A stretch of 64,000 bases of DNA from Catajapyx aquilonaris (Eukaryota): NCBI GenBank assembly GCA_000934665.2, contig JYFJ02000606.1, positions 1-64,000 of the forward strand, in the 5' to 3' direction. Under the pieces are notes generated by a model. It was not told the DNA's origin and searched no databases. It saw only the letters and a program-made list of their open reading frames with translations. The position numbers were made by a program, and so were the translations under genes. Numbering within the stretch: position 1 is the first letter of the stretch; every line of letters begins with the position of its first letter. This document shows, one piece after another, positions 54,205 to 64,000 of this stretch.

Positions 54205-55206
54205 GTGGCAGTAGTCTCCAGATGCGCCATCTATGGAGGAAAATGGCACTACGTAGATCCTGCACATCTCTTTTAACTAACTCCTCCTCCCATATTATCT
54301 ATCCCTATCCAATAGGAGCAGCTGTCATCCGTCCTCCTTCCCTCCCAAAAGAAAGGGCTAGAGAAAGGGTGGCAAGGAGTCCCAGGCCAATATTGACAAA
54401 ATAAAGGTCTGATGAAACTGGAAGGCCCCAGCCGGCACCCACTGTATCCTCCTTAGTGTGCGGCTGCGACACAAGAAACGAGGCGACACCAGCACCATCA
54501 GACCTCGAAGAGAGGAGAGGGAGGAGGGAGGAAGGGAGCGGGGAGGACAAAAAAAAGAGAGAGGAGACGAGGGGGGGTTTTGGTGGCGCAAAAGCCGCAC
54601 TCATTCAGTGAAGCGCATCCCATCCTTCTCGCCAGCCGACACCAAACCTCCCCAACCCTCTTTCTTTCCCTGTCGAACCTCAGCCAGAAAAAATAGTGGG
54701 GGAAGGAGGGGGGGGGGGAATGGGCTGTGGGAGACCACGGGAAAAATATATATAGGGATGCTTCGCTCTTTGGTGGAGGGAAAAAGATAAATAGAGCGCA
54801 ATGCAAATGGGTTTACATTCAGACGGAGTTGTAACATCTCTATTATTATAAAATGCAAAGTTTGTTTGTTGTACAGGTTTTGTTATACCATGACAACTGG
54901 ATTATTCCAGGGCAACCAGAATTACGTAACAAACTGCACTGATCTAAGAAATCGCCCTTCATGAACCAAATGCCAGACTTATTAACCACCTGAAATGTAC
55001 AGGACGCATCATAACAATTCTTTAACTTCTAGATCAAGGGTGAATCAACTTTATGTATAGAGAGTAGGTTATGTAAACGGCAGGAAATATTTGAGAATGT
55101 CATTAATCATTTTCAAAACCACTGAGGCTATCCCATGTTGTCGAAAGTGTGTTAATTCCTAGTTACAGGGATCACCTCAATGCTAAATATTTCTCTTTCC
55201 AATATA

Positions 55207-55417
55207 CATGGTGTTTAAACATTTTTGTCCGAACAGTTATCGGAAATATTGCACTATAAGCCGCTACTTTGTAAGCAGTGACTTGCAACCGGTTTGTCGT
55301 AGGAATGAGGAATATTCCCTGCGAATCTGAGGTTGAAGTGGCATACACTGCTTACGATGTAGCAGCTTAGTGCAATATTTCCGATAACTGTTCGGACAAA
55401 AAAGTTGAAACACCCTG
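55207..55417. mobile_element. Same MITE family, copy 2 (211 bp, internally deleted, opposite orientation)
   Basis: TA|CATGGTGTTTAAACATTTTTGTCCGAACAGTTATCGG...CCGATAACTGTTCGGACAAAAAAGTTGAAACACCCTG|TA. Internal GGAATATTCCCTGCG...GGTTGAAGTGGCATAC closely matches the reverse complement of copy 1 at about 41760-41797. Confidence 0.9.
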
Positions 55418-58400
55418 TATTGAACATTTTAACCTCAGGTCTACCTCCCATTGGGAAAGGTCACCTGGGCCGTGAAAAGACTCACTAAATCTGAATTTCC
55501 ACTTTTCTGACCCGGTACCGAAGATGGGATTTTGCTCATTTGCAGTTTTATAAAACTATCAGTGATGGTCAATAATCACTGAGCAACTCGTCTGTTGCAT
55601 TGAAAATGAAACAACCAGTTTGTTGGCTTGAAGTCACCAGGTTGTGATTTCAGCGATCTGATTACCAGCGCTCTATCGCTTTCAGGAGCAAAAAGTTGGC
55701 GAATTTTGTTGTTTCAACCCCAGCCAACTGCCCTGCGGAAGGTATATGTAACCCAGTAACACGTTTTTCTGGTTCCTCTGCTATGGTCGGTCCTCGAAAC
55801 CTGGTTAACGTCGTGGGGGCGAGTTGTAGAGAGAGAACTGAAGCCCTCCCCGAATTTTGTAAATCGATAGCAAACCGGAAACGTTCCCGGGTCCTTTCTC
55901 CGCCGCCCCCAGGACGACCACTCACAAGCCATTATTGGCGAAATAATGATACCATACAGCCCTCTAAAATCGAACTTTCCTTATCCCCCAGGGATTTCGT
56001 TTCTCGAGTCGCGACCAAGATTGTTGTTTAGGTGAAACGGCAAACTTGCCAAAAACCCCCCAAAAAACCAACAGTCATAAAGAGGAGAGAAATTTTCTGC
56101 AAACACAGCTACGTTCAAATATAACAATTTTTGGCCAGTTTTTTTCATCCTATAGAAGCTTTTGCGGCCGGGTGAGTTTTGTTCCGCTCAAAATTAGCCC
56201 TTTTTGCTGTTGAGAGTTGTTGGCCTAATTTCCTACCTTGCTCTTTTTATAGTGTTCTGTACTAGCTTTTAGGCGATACCAGTCCTGTTGAAATCTCTGT
56301 GGAGCATAATTTTTAATTTATTTTATTATTAGGGTTTTGCAACTTTTTCAAATATTAAGTGGGGCGAGGAAAATACTTTTATCACGCCCAGCAAATAAAT
56401 AGGATAAATATGCAATGTGTTTCACTTTACATTCATAAATTATACACGACGCATTGTGATTATTTCATTACCGTTTTCCACGTTTCTGGAAGTTATAGCT
56501 GCATTTATTGCCCCCTATGAAGGGCAGAACTAGACCGGAACAGTGTCTCAATTGGCCAAATGTTAACAGGCCAAAACGGTCCGGAGATTTGCGAATACTT
56601 GAGGGCAGCATGAATAACACGGGAAGTATCTCATTAAAATAGGGGCTGTGCCAGGCAGACAAACCGCGTATCCAATTTTTGTGTGCCCGTCGTGTCATGC
56701 ATAGCGGCAGTTAGAGGCTATCGGTGCACTGGATAATAACCCCCTGTAGCAACGTGTCATAAAATTCATAACTCCTGGAAACGCATCACCCAGTCTATAT
56801 ACATGCATTATAAAGAGTGAAGGAAAAGTGGCCATAAAAGGTAAGAGGTTGTAAATCACGAAATAAAGTTATTTAACCAATCTTTTGTACTCAACCCTGT
56901 GACGCTGCTGCTGCGGCATGAAAGGCTCATTTCCCGTCTCTTTCGCAACCCCTGCTGCGGTTTGCGCGAAATGTTTTCACGTAACTGGCACTACACGGAA
57001 GTGGGTGATTCGTAATTATTCCGACATTGTTCTGGAGCATCGATAAAGTCGCTTTTCGTACAAGTGTCACTTATTGTTAGATAGATAAATAAGATGATAT
57101 GCAGAACAACAAGGGATAATAACCATTGATATGAGGCGGAGTTAAATGATGTCATTTTTCTGTAATTTTTCCTGAACTGGTGGTAACTCTTAAAGGTAAC
57201 TGCGTTCTAAATTTTAGTAAAAAATAATGCAGGGAACATGCAAAGTTTATGTTTACACCAGAGGCTGTGTTTTCATATTCTGGTCACTGAACACTGGCAG
57301 GAATTCAGTTACACGTGCTATTATTGTAATGCACCATATGATAAACGTAATATAATAGTATCATTACATAATACATACATTATATATTATTTTAGTCTAA
57401 AATGACATATACCGTGTATGAAACACTACCCCAGATATTAATATATTTCAGGATTTCGTTTGTAGAATACAATTATGTCAAGTTCACGTTCGATAAGTAA
57501 TAGTGCAACTACACGTGCATGCCACAATATTATTGTGACACTTGCTCATACTACTGTACAATCCCATTTTGTACTTTGAGGAAAGACACAATAACACTTT
57601 GATTACCATCTGAAGCGACAGCAAACAAGACCATATTAAGAGGTTGAAAGCAGAGATCATGAATTAGGGCGCAATTTTTTTAAGGATGTGGCACGTGAAA
57701 GAAGGAAATCGCATTTTGGGGCGAACAAAAGGTTTTCCCCCCCTTTTTCTGAAAAGAACCTACTGAAGGGAAGTCGTCCCCCTTTTCTTCCTTGCGAAGT
57801 ATCTGGAAATCCTATGGTTCCGCCCTTCTTCTCTAGTCGATTTGGGTAGGCTGCCACGGTTATAAGGAAGAGGGTGGGGGCCTGTTGTTGCTCAAGGGGA
57901 CCTGCCTTGCCTTCCTTTTCCTTAAGCCGATTCCGTTTAAGAAGACCCATAAATCTATTACCGTCTACGGAAGCGTCAAATGCGCCTTCTTTAATGTCTC
58001 ATTAGCGTTTATCCGAGCATTATTTTCAGAACGAGAGGTCGTTAACGCAATTGAGTCTCTTGGGTTCTAACAAGGCCGCCGGGGACGGGTGGTGGGTGGG
58101 GAGGGCAAAGAAATTTCCTATGTGAAGAAGGAAAGTACTCTACAGTACCGGAGGATTATCAGATTAATTTTTGCCTCTTCTCGCCCATAACTTGGGGTTC
58201 CGTTTCAAATTGGATTGGACGGAGGAGGGGGAAAAAAGGAAGTCGAAAGTTGAATAGCTCTGAATTTCTCCTCTATTGCATATTCAGGAATTTTGTAGGA
58301 AGCTTACAAGGTTTTAAAAAGAAAAGATAGAGTGCTGACGGTTACAGGGTGCCAGGCCGATAAGAACAATTTTTTTCAACATAAAACAGAACATCACTGA

Positions 58401-59060
58401 AAGATGCAAAAGTATGCTAACATAATTTAGACCAAGTAGCTATCCCTAGACATTCAAAATATTTGAGTTGGTGTAGTACTACTGGGTCTGTCAACCACAA
58501 GGTTTCATTAGTATAACAAGCTTCCGCCAGGTTGCGCCATGTGCTTGGATATACGTCTAAGTTTCCCACCAAAATTCGAGATTAATCATTCCACATGTAA
58601 GTACACGCAACTTGGCGCAAATGTGCGAAAGTCCCATTTGGAAGTGAAAGTGTGCAGACTGCAAGAAGGTGGTTTTGGGAGGAAAGGGACAGACTCTAAG
58701 GGAAAGGGGGGGGGTGAACTTTGCACACTTTGCCACCTCTCATTACTTGCTCGTTTGAGTCTGCGATTGCGGTTGCTGCTCTGCACCTTCCAAGCACATC
58801 GTTAAAGCCTTTTATATACCTGGGACGCAACTTGGCTCCAAGCCCAAACCCCCCAGTTCTTTAACACAACTGCTCCCCACCTTCATATTATGAAATATCC
58901 ATGCCCAAGTATAGTGTGAATCGCATGAATGTCTTTTCATAACTTATGCTCTGTATAGATATTTTTTTTGTAATGATCTAAACTGGACTTGTGAATCAAG
59001 GTGCGTTGGAGACCGATTTGGGTTAATCCCTCGGGTGCTAAAACTGAGTTTCTCCTGGAA

Positions 59061-59090
59061 CGACTTACCTGGAGAAAGAAAAGGGGGGTC
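59061..59090 (-). other. Candidate recursive splice site (ratchet point): polypyrimidine tract + CAG|GTAAGT
   Basis: Minus strand reads gaccccccttttctttctccag|gtaagtcg, a strong 3' splice site abutting a consensus 5' splice site (junction 59069/59068). Same strand as the Dpr gene, about 8.4 kb upstream of its ATG. Confidence 0.6.
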
Positions 59091-62000
59091 CTGGGTCCTT
59101 TCAATTCGAGACTCTCTTTTTTCGGTGGTGAGTCTGGTTCAGGAGGAAAAGGTCTGGGCCCGAGCAATTCGGTCCTAACCGCACGTTCGCATCAGCAGCT
59201 CCCAAGGAGCACTCGCCGGAATCCATCAGTCAAGTATAAAAGAAAAAAAAACTAGAGAGAGAAAGTGAGAGGGTGGGTGGGAGAGGATGAAAAAAAAACT
59301 ATTGCCCCAGGAGCTAGCTTGCCTTTTCGGTCGCCACCAAGCCCCCCTCTTTTCAGCAGTTTGGAACCCGTAAAACCACTGTAAACTCATCCAACAAGGC
59401 GTGACATGGGTTTTCAGAGGGTACCACAACATTAGGCTTGGGCCCCCTCCACCCTTCCTTTCCTAACACCGACTCGCAACTTGGAAATCTATAGACGGAT
59501 CCGTCCTATAGGTAGAAATCACTGCCACAAACTTTCAAGTTGAAAACTCCTGCACTTATGGGAACATGCGGTCCATTGTGTCAGACAGTGACAAATGTTC
59601 TTTCCATGTTGTTTAAAAATAGCAGCTATTTTCACCATCTGTAAAATTATAGCTATTGCAAGATTTTACTGCTTCAACTACGATTGCGATTAAGGGTCAG
59701 TTAGGAACATTGCTGGCCATTTTGCATCGTCTTCTCTCTGGCCGTTGATTGCATTTAAACTGAACTTGCCACATTTTGCGTCGCTCTTGAAATTAGGGTC
59801 ATGACTTTGCGCATTTAGCAGTCGCGACAAGAGGGGTATGGGTAATCTGCGCTCTATTTCCCAAGTCGGCAAATGCTCATCAGAAACAACCCGGCTGACA
59901 CAGCAAACTCCATTCCTACCCCTACCTCCCTTCCAGAAAATTTAATCAAAGACTGAGGTCACCACGACGACAACAAATTGGCTCGACGAACACGTCATTA
60001 CACCCACTTAATTACGCAGTTCCGTGTGTTTCGCGGCTTCCCACCTCATCTGCCTAGCCTTGCAAATGAATTGTGGACGCCAAGGGGTAGAGGAAGTATA
60101 GAGGACCACTGAGGAAATCGCCTCCTCATAAAGTATATCTACTGTGCTTGTGTACAGGCTAACCTCTGTTCATCACTGGGAGCTTCAAAGTTGCATGTTG
60201 CGAAATCGAAAACTGGCGCTAAATCAACAGGATTGTTGCAATTTTTGTGTGTGTAGAAGGGGGGGTTGGGAGGAGGGAATGGGGAAATAAATTTTTATCG
60301 CGAATAGTCCACAATGACGAGTTTTGCTCGCTGGAGGGGACATGATCGAAACATGTTTCAACTCTTGTGTTACTGAGGATTTATCGGATTGGAACTAGAT
60401 AAAACACGGGTTAGTTTTTGCGAGGGAGATGGTAATAAATTCGTGTACTTTTTCGGGATGAAGGGCAACATCTGTTGCGATTCGTTAATCAAAATGCTGA
60501 ATCGCAGATGCGCAGGGGAAGTGAGGGTGTATGGGGAGGGGAGAGAGGTGTCCCTGGTGTTTTAGCCAACCCAATGAACTCGACTATAATATATCACGAT
60601 ACTCATTCAAATATTAGCAATAAATTAACTTTCAATGCGGATTAATCCTTCTCAAGAATTGATTTCGCCATGTGACTCGGTAATATTATTTTTGCAAATT
60701 GTTGCTACGTCGTAATCACGGCAGAGTGAAGAGTCAGGTACTCTTATTCCTTATTGACATTGGGAGCTACAGTAATCCATATTTGTTAATATTTCAAATT
60801 TTGCAAGCCTGGTTTATTTAGCTCATATAATTTGCATAATTATGTACATGGCCCCAGAAGCCACACTTTCTGGTATAATAATTGGATCCTGTTGGTCTAA
60901 GCATAAACCTTTAGTTTTGTTCATAAAATGGCCTGTTTTATACATCACATTAGCAAAGGTACAGGTTGCAAAATAACATTTTAATTTAAAATTGCCAATT
61001 TAATATCATATTTGAACGTTATAAACCACTAAAATTACCTGCCAGTTTTAATTCATGGAGCCTTAGGCTGGTATGAAAATTACATTACAATTAGTGGCAG
61101 ATAATTTTGAAATTACATTTCAATTTTCCTCGTGAGTATGTGATTGCATAATAGTATCCCTAAAATTCACTAACTGGAATTTGCACTAGAACAAGTCCTT
61201 TTCCCTAGAAGACCTATAAAAGAGGCGATATACACCGTGTAGAAATCGATGGAAATAGCTGCAACTCATTTGTCCAGACCCAGCTTCCAGGATTCATATT
61301 CGGCGAAGAGAAAAAGAAAGAAATGGCAGCGTTACAGGTTGAAAGACCTCTAGTAATATTTCCTCCCTTGGTCCTGAACATATTCGGAGCAGATCAATGC
61401 GAGGCATCTGCGTTGCAAATGATTTCCTTCTTTTTTCCCCCCTCTTTTCTCTCTCCAACACTTTTTCTTGGCTCTCTCACGGCCTGTGCCGCCATCCTGC
61501 CCACCCACCACCCACTTTCTCCCACATATATTTTTTTCTACTGTGAAACAAGGAGCAATTTTGCAAGCAGAAATCCTGGACAAACCTGCCATTCTTTTTT
61601 CTCTCCAGCTGATCCGATTACCATGCGTTCCCTGTACAGCTCTACATCACTTCCTAAAGCGAGGGAGAGGCGTTAGAGAAAAATCAGGTCGGAAACTCAG
61701 ATTGGTGACCAGCAGATTGGCGGCTTTTATGGCAGTCAATTCGGGTTCGAAGTGGATGGGGGACGTGACCTGGGTACCTTTTGGGTACACCCCCATCAGT
61801 CCCTCCAACCATCAACACCACCCCGACCTTTTGCAAATCCGATTGAAATGAAAAGAAAGGCAAAGTGTGAATGATTTCTGGTTTAAAGTCTGTTGAAATT
61901 GTTATATACTCTGGGGGATAAACATTTGCAAACATTTCACCTACTCAACTACTTTTGCTAAATTGGTTGACACTCGTTATTAATCGTCTTCTGGTCGGTA

Positions 62001-64000
62001 TAAAATTGGCAAACATTCTGTGATTTTACACAGTAGAGCCTATAGCAGCACATCCATCCATAGGGATTTAAAATATTCTACTAGTTATCTTATGTCATTA
62101 ACATTAAATGACTCTAATGCCATGAGTATAATAGCGTGGTTGGAATCATTAAATTCGTCCTTTCCCCGTGAAGCTCTCATTAAATACTGATTACCCACAT
62201 GCAACACTCTTCTTGTGTAAAACTATTAATATGCAAATGAAGCATGCAATTTAATTGTGGGTACGGAGCTGTTGTGGTTTGGAGTGGTATTGTTATCCGG
62301 TATTTTAATTAATTTTAATGCTTACCCACTCTGTGGTCGCGTACTGTACCTGATATCATAAATATTCCGAGGTCCGCAAGTAAACACACTGCGCTGCGAA
62401 TAGTTGATATTTTGTTAAAATTAGTAGCCAGTCAGCCGATTTTACATGCTCGTAAGGCACAGTGTGCAGTAATGGCGAATCATAAAGGCGGAAAAAGAGC
62501 TGACGGTACATCATTAGCATACGGTCTAGATCACCCACTCTGTTTGATCTTCCCATTATTTCAGCTCTTTTAAAAATACTGGACCAAATATCGGAATCTG
62601 CAGGTAATTCCAGGTGAGTTTACAGCGTAATGTTACCTTCTTTCAGTGAATCATGTGGGTAATGTCCGCACTAAATTTTTACTTATAACAACTTCCCCTT
62701 CTGAAGAAATATTACCACGCCGTACACAACATTTTTGGTTATTTATCATTTTATTGAAAAATAGCCTCCAAGAAATTTCACTGCCCCAAAATTTACAGTA
62801 CATTCCAGCTAATTACCACCCCGTCCTTCCATGATCAGAAAAATTTACTGCAATTTTCCAGCTACATATCTGCTGCAAATGACTTATTCTGTCGTATTTT
62901 TCAAACGTATTACAAGCGTATATTTCTCTGAAAATCCTGATTCGAAAAAATCCACCGTAGTATATGCAACGTAGTATTGCAAGTATGTAGCTTGCGGTTC
63001 TTCTCATGACAGTGTTAGAGTCGGTATTAAATACTACAGCCTCATAGATACGGCAATGAATTCTGGTCGTTGCCTGCTGCTATCTTCGGTTATGATTGGG
63101 GACCTTTATCTTTTGCTTAGTACGCAATGTAAGAACAATTTAAACTTACGTGCTATTGGTCCACCGGGAGCAGCCGGCATTACCCTTTTGATTCGACTAG
63201 AAGGAGAGTTAATGGAACAGATTACCTCCTTACCAGAGTTACAGCGCTCAAGTTTGGAACCGGGTGTTGCCTTTTACGGCCGTGACTTTGCCTTTTCAAG
63301 CCCCAAGATTGGAGAGAATGTTAACCCTCTCTCTTAAATTTCCCTTGGCGTGCAAGTTCTGTCGAGCGGTTTACCCAAATGAGACAGTAACGTGGCCACA
63401 AAAACCTCCAGTTGTGATATCCCCCATCTTCAAACCATCCACTGGATCAGTAACCATAAATAATATTTTTTGTCAAAAATTTCATACGATATTTTGTGAA
63501 ATATTCCGTAATCAGTGGCCCAACCCCACCATTAATAACGATGATTTGAAGACGCATTATGGTTTCTGATCGCGTTTTCTTTGCAGCCCCTGTTAGATTA
63601 CTTTTGATCGCTGTCAAACTGCATGAAGGAGGTTCCTTATTTGAATATCAATAGTCAGAGGGAACCGTGACCAGAAATATTCCTCCCCGAAATGAGACCA
63701 ATTACTAGGAGTTTAAGAGTCTAAAGTTAAGAGAAGGATCTACTAGGGGAGGGAGGGCAATGGAGAGAGAATCTTTCAGGGCATGTGAACTGCGTTGCAC
63801 GTTTGCTTTGTCTCCGTTAATTTGTAGGCTGGAAAAGTCTCGCGTTTCTTGCCCGGCTTGTTTTCTGAGCGTAACTTGTGCGGACCGCAACGGATGGAAA
63901 AACGACTCCCGAATACGTAACGAGCAAGATAAAACTTTTGCTTGATGAAGGTGCATGTGTCACTTTTGGGTTGGAGGACAAAATGGGTGTCATCCCAGGA

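Noticed and set aside
62597..62650. Plus-strand donor/acceptor pair suggesting a tiny intron of another gene
   Set aside because: The intron would be only 34-44 nt, and the flanks show no coding signal.
1..64000. Prokaryotic systems (operons, CRISPR array, defence islands) or transposase/RT ORFs
   Set aside because: Very low coding density, spliceosomal gene structure, no regular repeat-spacer array, and no ORF with DDE or RT motifs.

Overview
This window is eukaryotic, most likely arthropod, genomic DNA and is almost entirely intronic. It is not prokaryotic, and nearly all ORFs in the track are spurious. One gene is well supported: a minus-strand, partial Dpr-family (defective proboscis extension response; DIP/Dpr two-Ig cell-surface) gene. 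I reconstructed four coding exons with canonical GT-AG sites and matching phases: a 58-bp signal-peptide exon missed by the ORF track (50625-50568), then 38814-38579, 24152-23939 and 5598-5448. The introns between them are about 11.8, 14.4 and 18.3 kb. The rest of Ig2 and the membrane anchor lie left of the window. Non-coding highlights are a near-consensus recursive-splice (ratchet) motif at 59069/59068 on the gene strand, two oppositely oriented copies of a Tc1/mariner-type MITE flanking the first coding exon, two further inverted-repeat elements, and a cluster of Pho/YY1-type GCCAT motifs beside exon 2. I found no rRNA, convincing tRNA, CRISPR array or transposase ORF, and nothing I can support as a wholly new biological system.
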